64,000 bases of DNA from Phoronis australis. Lineage: Eukaryota; Animalia; Phoronida. The notes under the pieces were generated by a model, which made no database searches, was not told the DNA's origin, and saw only the letters and a list, made by a program, of their open reading frames with translations. Below are positions 39,124 to 52,400 of the stretch, piece by piece (position 1 is the first letter of the stretch; each line of letters opens with the position of its first letter). The DNA lies in NCBI GenBank assembly GCA_002633005.1, contig NMRA01000241.1, forward strand, positions 56,006 through 120,005, given 5' to 3'. The translations under genes were made by a program, and so were the position numbers.

Positions 39124-41611
39124 TTAACTACATTTCAAATCTCGGTGTACAAGAACTGGCCAAGTTGATGAAGATGAAATGTTCATTCAGGTGTGTATAC
39201 TGACTTCAGACATTTTGGGCGAATCCTTATGTGACAACATGGTGTAAGAAATCCACTGCCAATCACACCTGAACTGTGAGTGGAGCTCTGTCTTCATCGC
39301 TGCTATGTCTGAAATTTGCCATCAGTTCCAGGATGCAAAGCAGTTCAGCTGAACCCATCAGTCTTTGCTTCGCTCTTGAGTGATAATCACTCAGTATCCC
39401 TTTAATTAAAGTGCAGTGACAGTTGTTAAGACTTCTGCATTTGTAATTGCCAAAGACTTTATTGGTTTTTTATTGGTGCATCTCAGAATCATTTGTCAAT
39501 GCAAGTTCTTATTGCCCAATAATCGTCTTACTTTGAAATTCAGAGTCAAGAAGTTTGTATTTTCTATCCTAGTCTTGCATCAACATAGCAATTGCCACTA
39601 TCAAATCAAATAAAGTTTACTTAGCCTGCTGTCTAAAAATTGATACACTATTGACTGCTTAGTTGACAAGTGGCTGAGGTTTTTTACTCTGTCATTTTTT
39701 TGTAATTGCATTTGTTTGTTTGCATTTCTTGTCCTATTTACTTGAAATTATAAGCAGCACCTGTGACGTCAGTTGCTCAACGTTTATATTTTGTTAAGAA
39801 TCTAATGCAATATGTGGCTGTTGTGGCCATTTTTCAAATTTTCACTAATTACTTCACTGTTCCTTGGAAGGACTCTTGTGAAAGTTGATATGTCAAGATC
39901 TATATCTGAATTTTGCCATTTGTTCATTACTATCTCTCATCGTGTCATTTTGTAAATCTATATTTTTGATGACTGTTTTTGTATTGTCTGACCATTCCTT
40001 GCTTTTTATTCGAATGACCCCCTTTGTACGCCACAAAATTTGCACACTATGTGTGTGGTTTTTAGTTGCAGTTGGATGCAAGGTGTCTCTTATGACATCC
40101 GTTTTTTTTATTTCCTCTTTACAGAGTCATAGATCAAGCATCCTTTTGGCGGATTTTCTGTAACTGATGAAGAGATCTTGTCAAGAGCTACAAAAATATG
40201 ACATCCATCTCCCTGCAACAATCTCTAGTTATCCAAGATTTTATGACAATTGTTCTTTTTATGACTAATCATTTCTTGACTTTCTTATTAATTCACCCCT
40301 GTTGCACAAGCCTTTGTTTCTTATTAAATTTTGTCAATGATGATGTCAGTGATGGCGATGATGATCTACTGTTTTATTGACTGGTTAAGTTGTGCTAGAT
40401 ATAATCATTTTCCTGGTTTCCATTTCTATACAATATTACTAGACCTCATTATCATGGAGATTGTGAAGGAAGTGCACATCTTGACAAATGTGTTGGGAAC
40501 GGTTACTTGTTCACCAGCATGGGAACACTAATGGCATGAGGGTATCTACCTGAATGACTCATTAGCTGAATGCATGGATGTAGGTCTCTTGTTTCAGTCA
40601 CACTGCCTTGTGAACTTCGAACTGTCCATTCTTTTTTAGTAGTTGTATCCTCAAACAAAAAGCAAGCTCCTTTCTTCCATACATTAGAGCTAGTTGTATA
40701 AAACAACAACATCATTGAAGTTTAAGGCTTCTGTAGTTCAAAAAAGAAACACTGAGAGAAGTACAATGACACGTGTGCAATTATTACAAAATAATAGTAA
40801 AATCATAAATACCCCTTGCTAGCTGGCTATAGCACAATGACAGTATCTAGAGCTGTTGAACATTCGGAGACATCTTGTATCAGTTTGACGAATGTGAAAT
40901 AAGATCAATTTGGAACTTTTCATTAAACTTCTCATGAATCATAGCATGCAATTAAACTTAAACGTCATCAAGTATAGTGATACCAACTCGTTAATCACTG
41001 TTTCTCAGTTCCCTTGTCTGCCACATTTGGCCACATCCTGCCTCAGTTTCCAAGCAACAGTTCAGCATGCCTTAATTTTAGATATATATCATTTTTAATT
41101 ATTCTATAGACGAGAAAGTTTGAAAAACATTGGTATCACAGTGTTTACCTTTATGGTTTCCCATTCTTACAAGGCACAATGTTAACCTTCAATGTTTGAA
41201 TTCAGATGAAAAATGCTCTTCCGTTTTCATCGTATATTTCAGGAGTTCTTACGATTCTTGTGGAAGTCTGTCCCTGAACATATGTAATACTTAATGTACC
41301 AATACACGACTCATTAAATATAAGGTAAACACATTACAGTCAGAATATTCTCAATTCTCCAAGAAGCAACCAATTAAAAGTATGATAACTTAATATAATT
41401 CTAGCTTAACGTGAGTGGTGAAAACTTTAGCAGCTGATTTCATAAAGGTGGTTTCAAGTTATACCTGGTTTAAAGATAATCTGCATTTCATGAAAGTGTC
41501 TGAACTTTTAGACCAGTGGTCTTGTAAAATGTGGTTTAACTCCAGTTTAGACCTGGTCTACATCAGTTTTCATTTCACCAACTAGGTCTATGTTCTTTAA
41601 ACCTGTATTAA

Positions 41612-43443
41612 AGGAGCATGCCACCCAAAAAACAACCTATTTTGTATCAAGTTAGATCGAGTAGTTCTACTCGTTTTAGATCGAGTAGTTCTACTCGATA
41701 ACAGCACGTTCGGTTGCGTTACCCGACACCTGACGGCAGACAGAGATGTTGAAATTATCCAATGACGTCATTGGTTTCACACGCAGTCTGTTCAGCAGTT
41801 CAAAACAGGGGTTACTGGTGTCAGCGTATCGCTTGAATTCATCGTTTACACCAATAAATCATCAAACTTCGATGTAAAACCCCTAAAAATACACCGAGTT
41901 CTTATAAAAACGTGTTGTTTTATTTCGCTGTTATGGATTTATTGGTATCTGGACACACCATAACCTACAAAGTTCCTTAGGCCAATTTACCAAGGTCCGT
42001 AGCAGGAGTTTGGGGTCTGTTCAGAGATAAATTCGAAGTATTCTTCCGTGAAATACAGACAGGAAAACATAGATCTGCACTGTTTAGAATTGTGATTTTT
42101 TGAGTTCTAAACACACAAAACGCTTGTTATCCCAGCCAGTGGCTCGGAACCCGATCAGGCCCGTCACGGCAGGATTGACTCATCCTGGCCAGTGGCTCGG
42201 AACCCGATCAGGCCCGTCGCGGCAGGATTGACTCATCCTGGCCAGTGGCTCGGAACCCGATCAGGCCCATCGCGTCCGGACTGACTCGTTATCCCGACCA
42301 GTGGCTCGGAACCCGATCAGTCCCGTCGCAGCCGGACTGAAGACATCACGAACATAAACCTGCCAAAGTTGAAAATTAAATTTCCAATCAAGAAAATACT
42401 ATACTAGTGAGCCAAAGAAGTAATGTGCACGTCATTATGTTGGTGAATTAACCATGAAACGCTGCAAATCTACTTACTTGTCGGCCGAGGCCGCAAATTT
42501 AAGTTCCCCTTTGTCCACAGAGCTGTCAGGGCAGAAGTTGTTCATTGACAATCATTATTTGAATAATGTATATGTAAATAAAGATTCCTCTAACACTTGG
42601 CTGTGGGATAGAAAATCGAGTTATTGTTTCCAACAGTTTCTGCCAGCAAACACTGAATTAGCATGTGCTCACACGGCCTCGGTGTCCGGTCAGTTAGTTT
42701 TATTGCACCTAAAGCCGGTAACGCAGTGATTTATTCATTGCTGGCTTCTCATTTCATTCACGAACACTCCAAAGGCATTACAAATTGTATCTAATGAGAC
42801 AGACTTTGTTTCAGTTTTATTTAAGTATTGGTTAGGGTGAGAATAATTCATTTTGAAACAGAACGCTCAGTAATAAACATAGACATGGCAACTCGCAATC
42901 CCGACTTAGATAAGAGCTCATCCGACAAAGACTTCGCAGGTGGATCGTGACCGGTTTCACAGGCTATCAGTTCGAACCGTAATACAGTGATGAAGAAATA
43001 CTAGAGAGGCGCCGTGAAGAAGCTCAGGCAACGGAACGTATGGATAGTTATTTGGTAAGCCGGCATTCGTCAGACTCACTCTCGATGACTGCAGGCCACA
43101 AACACGGAGATGTTTCACGGCCTCATACTTGCTATTTACAGCGTACTTTTCATTCTTCACTACCGCGAGCCACTTCCTAAGCATTTTGGACTCTCGAGGA
43201 AGTCGAAAAAACAAAATAACCCGCTTTCCTCGCTGCGGCATAGTTCGGACAAGCGGGAACGATGCACCGCAACATAGCTGCATTCACTCTGCAAATGAAC
43301 CACTGACGTCGCTGCATCGTTTCGCACCTTCCTTACAGGTTAACGCGACACCTCTCGGCAAGGTAAGGTTGACCGTATGCAAGGCAATGTGGATATAGAC
43401 CGATTAAGACGGTAAAAAAGACTAAATCGGATGGCATTCTCCT
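41612..43443 (-). mobile_element. Kolobok-type element, copy A, with a frameshifted THAP domain
   Basis: TTAA|AGGAGCATGCCA ... TGGCATTCTCCT|TTAA; THAP relic MLRCIVPACPN.../FRLPRESKMLRKWLAVVK...LRVCGL at about 43275-43090. Confidence 0.88.
42136..42340. repeat. GC-rich tandem repeat, 53-56-bp unit, about 4 copies, inside Kolobok copy A
   Basis: ccagtggctcggaacccgatcag starts at 42136, 42189, 42242 and 42298. Confidence 0.92.
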
Positions 43444-43602
43444 TTAAGATCTTAAAACACGTTTAACTTTAGACTTGGTCAGACCCAGGTTTAACCGTTA
43501 AATATGTCAGACTTGCATGATATAGGTGCAACTGAATGATGCACTTTTAGAGCGAAAATGGACTATTTTCAATATTGAGTTTTAAGACGACACAAGATCA
43601 AA

Positions 43603-43737
43603 CATAGCAGAGGATCCATGATTTTTAAGGGGGGGGGGGGTAGGTCAAGGACTTATTAAAGGGGGGACCAAGTCAACAATGTGAAACTTATAGATTTGAT
43701 ATCACTAAAATCAAGGGAAAAACGGGGTCCGCCTATG
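43603..43737. mobile_element. Small decayed hAT-like MITE (CATAG...CCGCCTATG)
   Basis: Right end ggtccgcctatg resembles the terminus of 54063-55028; internal G-tracts. Confidence 0.4.
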
Positions 43738-46671
43738 TGTAGACCAGTACCTGCTGGATGGTGTCCTGCGGATTCCTCAGAATACGACTGGTCGAGCAGG
43801 GCATCGTCGTCATATGCGCTACGGGTTTGACTGAAGACAGCATCTTCTGATTTTTCTAAGTTTCACCTCCATTGGTTTCCGATTTAATGTCGACGGGAAG
43901 GGGTCTTGTTCTCCCCCTTTGGCCGCGAAAAATAAACACTAAAATGATACGGAAATAAATTTGGACATTTATCAAGTTGCGGCTAATCGTGAGCATGTAC
44001 TTTAATGTGCTGTGTGCTTGTGTTGGGCACAGCCATTACATTTTTCCTCATGAGAAAAGCTTTTAGATCTTTTTCACAAATGTCTGCACTGATTCTATTA
44101 GCCTGTATGTGCCATTGTATACCCACATGATATAGATTTCATTGAATCACTTCAATAGTTTCGTTGTTGGGGTAATCTAGATCAACACAGCAGGGTGGCT
44201 TTATACTTTAAACCTGGTTTTACTTCATGGGCTCCCTGGTCTAACAAAACCAGGCTTTCAGACTTTTAAACCACCTTGGTGAAATGCAAGTTAAGGTCTA
44301 AAGTTACATCAGGTTTAGGAAGACTAGGTTTAAGCCTTGAACCTGGTTTTGTTAAACCACCTTTATGAAATCGGGTGTAGGAGTTTCATTGGCTGAAATG
44401 TTAACGAAAACTAGCTAGCGTTTTAGCCAGACAAGCGATCTTTCTGAAAAGGGGTCTTTTCGCCAGTAGTCTCGAGTTTGTTTCCTCACCTAGTAAGTTG
44501 CCTTTAAACAAAATTTGATGTGAAAACACTGTTACTCTGCAATGAGTTGATTTATGAGATGATAAACAAAGGCCTCATCTTTTGCACACTCAGTGTCCTT
44601 TGAAGTAAAGGGTTTGGCTACAAAAGTTCTAGCAGCAGCTTTGGGATACCCGTAGCTCAAACCATGAGCAAAGGCCCTGCAAAAGTGACAGTTATTACCA
44701 TTCACATGACTGGTGTTTTGCGACCTCAGATAAATAAAATTATATAGGTAATAATGGTGCTTTCTATTGTCAAAAATTTGCAAGGCAGGTAAGCAAATCT
44801 ATACCATTGTTTTATCTGTCAAGTTTTATTGGGGAAACACACATTTACATATTAGTCACTTGGAATTCACTTGTTCCTTTCTCAATTACTAAATACCCCT
44901 GTTGGTATTGTTTTCAGATAGGATCTATAGATGTATTGTGTGTCAGGCTTAAATATGAAGTGCTATTACTTGTCACTTAAAATCTCCACAAGTCTTCACA
45001 TGTAAATCAAAGATATTTATATTTCTAGAAATATCTATGTGTAAATACCATTACAAGATAAAAATTATTGACTTGGTTTACACATTGGCTTATCAGTAGC
45101 CATCATTCTTGGAACTGGCTGTGAATTTATGGTGTGCCTGATGTAAACCAACTGAAATCCACCTCCCACTGGACAGACTTCCATGTGAAGATATGATAAT
45201 AGGCTACTTTCATATTGGCACTCTATAGAGTACGATGATGAGAGCGAGAAATGACTTCCACTTAATTCCAACTCAGATTTGGTAGACAGAAATTCACTGC
45301 TACGTATAGTGGTTCATTAATTTTGGTCAACCCTTCCCATTGTTTGATTAGGTTTAGTTCACTAATTTATTTTAGGTTTTTGACATCTGTCACTTTATCA
45401 GTTACAGCCGCTGACTACGCTGACTACGAGGGGTTGATTCTTCATTGCAGTGGGAAATGTGTTGGACATGATGTCCTTCATCTAAGGATATTTTGAGAAG
45501 TTTGCCTTTTTCATAAGCCATTAATATATCTCACTGCACACCAGTGAAAATTTGCCAGTATTATGATATCAGGAAAGGTGTTAAAACGCTATTTATACTA
45601 CTAGATTAAAACTTCCCAGCCACATTTCATGGGATCTGTAGGTGACGCAAAACACCTGTCCACCAAAGACCTGATGGCGAGTTTGTGAATTTCATTATGT
45701 TGAGGCTATTTCGAAAGTCAGCTGTTTGCATTCAGTCTGCAAATTAAGTGAAAGTGGTATGGTTGGTCTATCCAAGACTTGTCACTTATGTCTCTGTGTT
45801 CCAAGGATTTGTGTGTTCTTGTGTTTAGCATTAAAACATAGTTTTCTTCACTCTCCCAACCTCTAAATATGGTGCTGATCAATATGGCGGTGCTGAGGGT
45901 GCTCTATGAACATATTTGTTCAAACTGGTAAAATTCAACAGAACTAAATTTTAAAAATCTGAAGGTCATGCCACAACATCTGCAAACTATTAAATTAACC
46001 ATGGCCTTCCAAAAGAGAGTTTATCCAATGTTTTTCCAGTCTCCTTCTTTTGACCTAATGTACTCTGATTTCCTGTGGATAAGTGGCAAGGGTTAGAACC
46101 AAGATTGTGAAGTGACGTCACACTTCCCATCTGCATTCAAATAGGTGACAAATACCGGTAGGGGTATGAAACTAACCTGCCAGTGACAAGCAAATAATTG
46201 GAGTATGGTCAGAAATTGGATGAAACTGTCACATCTGAAGCTTGTTTTTAATCTGATTTAGGAACAGCATTCATTATCATGTTAAAAGGACAAAATCTTA
46301 ATTTTTTGAACAGAAGTCGCTGGTTTATCACACCTTTAAGTGTAAGAATTGGTAAAAGCCAACACTGCAGAAGACAGTAGATGTATAATAGAAAGGTAGT
46401 AGTGATGGGAACCAAACTGTTGAGTTGATTGGACATTATGTCTACTGTATAATCCATGATCAGCAAGTCACTGGATTTAGCCAGAAGTTCTACATATATC
46501 TTTGACTTTTTTATTCCAAGATTAATACTCTGTATTTGCCTACTAAGTTTTAAAATGTTTATTTAAAATTCAAAACGGTTAAAGCTCTAGTGTTAATGTA
46601 TTGACCACTTACTGACAAGCTCAAAGCTATCAAAAACCTGATGAAGATAAACTTTGACATGGGACAGTTGT

Positions 46672-46740
46672 AGCTACAATTATATATGAGACAAGTATTG
46701 TTGATCGCTACAATTATATATGAGACAAGTATTGTTGATC
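46672..46740. repeat. Exact two-copy tandem duplication, about 34 bp
   Basis: gctacaattatatatgagacaagtattgttgatc twice. Confidence 0.85.
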
Positions 46741-48873
46741 ATCTCCTTACATGTGTTTTAATGGTCTATATAAATGTGCTCTAATTGGCAACAGGCTGAT
46801 TTCATGCAAGGTTTCCTGGGAGTAGCACACTTGAAAAATGTTGAAAGTTAGCTAACTTTGGAACATCATATCTTGGAAATGGCTGATTGGATTCATTTCA
46901 AACTTTCAGATACTGTGACTTACGTTCCATTCTCTAAAGTCTTTGTAAGGAATTGTTTTTTAAAATGTTCAATTTTTGTGTGTGAGGTTATCAAAAAAGG
47001 ACTTTAATGAAAATACTCAAAAGTTGCATGAATTGAAAGCGAATTGATTATTTAGAAAACTGTATCAGCTCTTTTAAGATTTTATCTTGAACATTTTTAT
47101 CAAATGAAATTTAGTCATGTCATTGATGCTGTATTTTCTGTTAAATTTTTCCACAATGACATGTTCATGTGACTCAGTTTGTGCCAGATAGGTATACAGT
47201 CAAAAACCGAATTCTTGATGCATTCTACTTTCAGAAAATATATACACTCTACCGAGTTAAAATCTATATTGTTGTTGATACTTGGCTAAATACAAACTTG
47301 TGGACAAGGTGCAAACTGTTTAATTGGATGTTCTCTTATTAATGAGCAGAGGTGTTGTTTCCTTGTCAGTGCATTATGTCTGGTCAGTTCTACTGCTGGC
47401 ATTTGACTTATCTTCCTTCTGGCAAGCTATTGAATCTTGTATTCCTAACCTTTTGATTAAGTAGGTTGCATTCTAGATCACCAGATTTGCATTCAGTAAT
47501 GCTCTCAAGAGACCAGTTACATAAAATGACAACACATTCTCCTCCACCCTTGTGTAATATTCACAATTTCTGATGTTCTTGATATATGCCATCTAGTGAA
47601 TTGCTTCTCAACAACCCATGCATAATTATTCCTCATGTTAAGATTCTTGTCTATGTAACTAGGAAGACCATGTTATTGTATTAAGTTAGTGTTGCTTCAA
47701 ACCTGTGGGTCAATAAAAATGAAATGATAACTGGTGTCATGCTTTGGCTTCTTGTCTGAAGTGTTGTGAAAGATTTCTGTCAAAATGTGCTGTACCTTTA
47801 TTTCTACAAGAAAGAATGAGCACAGCATTGTGGGAGTTTTAAAATAGTGCTTGAGTTGCGTCAAACCTATATGGTCACGTCAACAAATGCACTGCATATG
47901 TATATTTTGTGTGCACACCCTCTCAAAAAGTCCTGGATCTGCCTGTACAGGTTTCACACCAAAACTCATTGATCGGTGATCAGCACATCCTTCATTGAGT
48001 TCTAGAGTGTCAGGCTTTAATTGTGTGATTACTTTTTCATGATCTCTTGTATTTGCTCCTTTTCTCAAGTACGTACATGTACCGTACATCACATAGTTGA
48101 GTGACCAGCCACAGGAAAATCATCACTTTCTGTTAACATCATTAGGTATTCCTAGCTAACTGGGCACACATTCATGCTAAAGGGACTCAAACACTGCTGG
48201 AAATACTTGGGTGTCACCGCAGTTCTATGTTACAACTTTACATGCTGCAAATTCGTCTTTCCCTTCAACTTAAATTATAATGACCTCCATCATCTAATCG
48301 TTCCTATAACTGTATTGAAAGCATATATGATACATGTAGTCAATTGTGCTGGGGATGTATGAGTTTTTATTTCAGTTGTTCTAATCAAATCCGCATTCCA
48401 CCATATTTTTTGTCCTTCATGGCTCAAGACATAATTGTGAGCAGTTGTCTACTTGAGAATGGTCGGTACTGCCTCCCATGGTGTCAGTAATCTGAGGTAA
48501 AACTGACACTTCTATCATACATTTAGACATGTCCCCAATTTCAACAAGACTCTCTTTCCCCCTGGGTGTAGTGCGCAGGGGAGTTCACCTGACTGGTGCG
48601 CTCACAGCTGCTAAGGACACTGACATTTAAATTGTCTTTGTGGGATTCTTAGCAAACTTGAATTCAGTCCAGATTGATCTGATACGAACAGTTAAATCTC
48701 ACCAGTGCGTTGATTGAGTATTAAAGTTTTAAACCAAATCAAGTTCATTGGTATTTTGCGGCCTGAGTTAAATCTTTGTTTCCAGTGTCTTGTAAATTCT
48801 GGCTAATTCCTAAGTGTGGTTGTACAAGACTGGTCCATGTGTTTTTGTCAAAATGTCAAAAGGGATATGTAGT

Positions 48874-49418
48874 AGGTCGCATTTTGCGGCCTAGCCAAAA
48901 TCTCAGGCCACATTCTCAAAATCCCGCTCGCATTCATAAATGTCAGAACGCAAAAATTTCCCGCCATTTTTGCGCGCCAAAATTGATTTTTTAGAACATC
49001 AAGAAAATGTTTAGATTGTGCTCTTATCTGCGGCGTTAAATACTCACAAATTTTAAGTCGCAGGTACGGCATTACAGTTCTTCACGAAAGCCATTGAAAG
49101 GCTCTAGAGTGCACTCGCTGGTTCCCTGTGTGTCGCTAGGTGGTAGCCAGATATGTTTACAAGTCATCGGGAGGGGCTGCTCTCGGTTACCGTAGTGTTC
49201 TTCTGAACTTGATTTGGCAACAACCAAATCACGGTCAGATTCAAACGAGTTGCTTTATATCTGCCAGTCATCTGCAGAGAAGTGTAAAAACTCAGCTTGC
49301 AGATTTCGGAAATTCCAGATCGCATTTTGCGACTTGATACGAGCTGACAAAAATCTCAGGTCGCATTGCCAAATTTCAGGTCACAAATGCAACCTGTACC
49401 TTGTTATGCCGAGCCCTG
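48874..49418. mobile_element. Internally deleted, left-truncated copy of the 34163-35584 hAT5-type family
   Basis: Matches about 34189-34450 then 35310-35584; ends tgccgagccctg. Confidence 0.82.
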
Positions 49419-52400
49419 CAGTTTACATAACCAAAAGTAACACCAATGAGAACGTTTCTGTATAACTTGTCTCAGTTCATGACTTGGTTTTTATGACGCG
49501 ATAGTAAAATTCAATCAAAACATTTGGCACTTGACATTGTGTACCTGTGGATGTCCCAAGGTAATAGTCATGTTACCATGTTGCACGTTCATGCATGATA
49601 GGAGATGATTTGGGGATTTCAGATACATTTAGTAATTCTTCACTAATCTCGCATAAAAATGATTTGCATGCATTGCTACAAATAGTCTATGCTTAACGTG
49701 TGTTGCTTTGTGATGGTGAGAAATGTTCTTTCATTGAGAGGTGACAAAATAAACGAGGGATGTTTTTTGTAACCGCAAGATGATTGCGAAGCATCTGTAA
49801 ACGTCTCTGCTTGGAAACAATGAATTTTATCCAACAATTCGTCATTTTAGCCTCACTGGAAATTCACGTTTGCTAGCTTATGCATTAGTAAGGTTACAAG
49901 CTTCTCATAACACTCGTCTTTCAGTTGCCTGATTTTATGCAGTCTTGCACAAAAAACAACACATCAGCAAAAATGTGACCACAGTAGAACAAAACAAAAC
50001 ATTGCAAAAATAAATCTCGTGCTAGGAAAATGTGACCACTAGGTGATCATGAAAATGGTGACATCATTAACGTGAAAGAAGACGGCTGAGCCAGATAGTG
50101 AACATTTAGTGTTGAACACTTAGTAGCCCTTTGAGAGATCTGGTGATTAGTCAATCATCCATATTTCAACAGGATGCACAGAGATTTGTATCTATATTGG
50201 CAAGACATTGCTAAGTCCTTAATTGTAACTGGTACCAGTGTCATAATCACTTTTAGGGGTCACATGCTACTAGATTGCCACATGGTCTTGGCTTGGTTAA
50301 ATTTTTGCTGGCCCATGATTCGGTCATGGCATGGTGTGAAATATTTCTGATGAGTTAATTATGTTGTCACAAGTATAAAAGTCCTTGTACATGTTTTGGT
50401 CTAATATGAAATGAAAGTGCTGGTTTTGAATCCTTATTTTTTTGTCCTGCACATTGAAAATAAAGTTTTGGACTTTATTTTAATTCTTGTATGGAAAAAA
50501 TGTTTTGGAATTTTTCTGTTGCAGGCAAAGCAATCTTAATAATACACACTTTTTAAACTATAGTAATAAGCACAGTATATTCACTAATTGATACATCCAA
50601 TCATATGGGATATGGTATGATCTTGTTGCAAGGAAGAGGTGAAAGGGTTGACTTGGACCAGTGTCCTGTCCATTCAAATGGGATATGATATGATGCTGTT
50701 GCAAACAAGAGGTGAAAGGGATAACGTGGACCAGTGTCTTGTGACCCAGAGGTGTATTAAACTGAATAGAGGGTTTCAAAAGAGATGAGCAAAGTACTTT
50801 TATAATTGAACAGGATTGAAGTAACAAATACTCCTAATTAGGTACTTTAAATCTATTTGAACTCAGTTTGCATCTCAAATCACTTAGGAAGCGTATGTAT
50901 ACGCAAGCGGTTTAGCTTTAATCGATTTAATTTGAGCCCGCTGGAGGAGGTGGGTTTGAACCAATTGAACTTTAGCCAATAGGTTCCTTGTCAATTGTGA
51001 AAGCACAATCCAATCGATTTGACTCAGGTGGGAAAAGTGAAGTATTCTTGCATATGTGTGCAGATCTTGATTCATGTTCATTCAGGTTTGATATTCTATT
51101 GGCCAAAAATCAAAAGTTGAATTAGATCTTAACTCTAATAAATTGGTCTCATTGTATTCCTTATTGTGACAGATTTCTACCTTCATTACCGAAGAACATC
51201 AGCAACTCAAGAAAACACTTAATTTAGTTTAATGGGGTTGGCGAACCCTAAAATTGTAGATTTGAAAATGCAAATCTAAGCATTGCTTGTGAGTTGATAC
51301 TCCAACTCATTCGGGAACAATTAACGATCGGATGGGTGTGATAATGTTTTTAAAACCAAACTCTTTGGTTTAGATATCGACAGCTGAAAAGTTGTGTAAT
51401 GCAGCTTTAGATTATTGATGATGTTATTTTTTAAACGTAATAAATTATGAATGAATATTGTGTAACAAGTATGTTCCAGGTCTCAAACAAAATACAAATT
51501 TTGTTAACTGTAATGGATTTTTGCTTAGAATTGTTTATTGTTGACTAACTAGAACAGGAAGTTTTTGAGAAGAGTGAAATCATTTTTGGAAATAGGATTA
51601 AGAAAAAATGGACACTTGGAAAATCAAAAAAATCTAATTAATCCTTCAAAAACGCTACTCTTTGCCTTCTTTCACGATATGAGTCCTGTTTAATATGCTG
51701 TGTGACTTTTTACTGCGGAAAGTGGAAAAAGAGCCCATTAACCTGTGAAATTTCCATCCTTCCAAAACATTTAGTTATTCCAAGTAATCTATGTTAACTT
51801 TATTGTACCTACACAGTTCACCTGGGCGGGACTAAATAAACAGGGACTCGTGAACCACCCAGCTGAACAAAATGGTTGATGATAGACTGTATACGAACAT
51901 TTTGTGTTCATTAAACTGATGATAAAACCTGGTTTTGCTAGCTTGCAAGCAGTTCATTTATAACTGATGTGTGCCACATGTTAACCTTTGAAAAAATAGA
52001 CGTGCACTAGATAGTCCTAGATAATCGCATCGAAACTAAACAGAGTGCAAATACACGGTATGAAAATTGGCAATTAATCGGTGGAACTTGTAATTGACTG
52101 TAGTAGCATTTTTCTCAAGTTAATCAAGGAGTTGACTTTTGCGTTAAGCAGGGCATGATTGCTTGTGGTCCTACTTTTTTCAAGTCACACATTTGATGTG
52201 CTCCTGAGTTGAGTCTAGACAGATTGATGCTGTCCCTATCAACATAAAAAGCAACTATGGTTATATCTACTGTTGTTTGTGTCATAGCTAAAAACAATCT
52301 GAACTGGGCAGGACATGTAGAAATAATTACACAGCATATGATTTTCGGTAAAATCTTCTCAATTTCTGACAAAAATAATTGCTAAAATTGTCAATTTTTT

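Larger units (their letters stand above)
41431..44377. mobile_element. Harbinger-type non-autonomous element hosting nested insertions
   Basis: tag|CAGCTGATTTCATAAAGGTGGTTT ... AAACCACCTTTATGAAATCGGGTG|tag; 3-bp TSD; subterminal acctggt/accaggt repeats. Confidence 0.82.

Noticed and set aside
39200-39400. BEL/Pao integrase fragment on the minus strand
   Set aside because: Only a faint CDWQW resemblance; no LTRs or catalytic motifs seen
42136-42340. CRISPR-like array
   Set aside because: The intervening parts are homologous to each other; it is a tandem repeat inside a eukaryotic transposon
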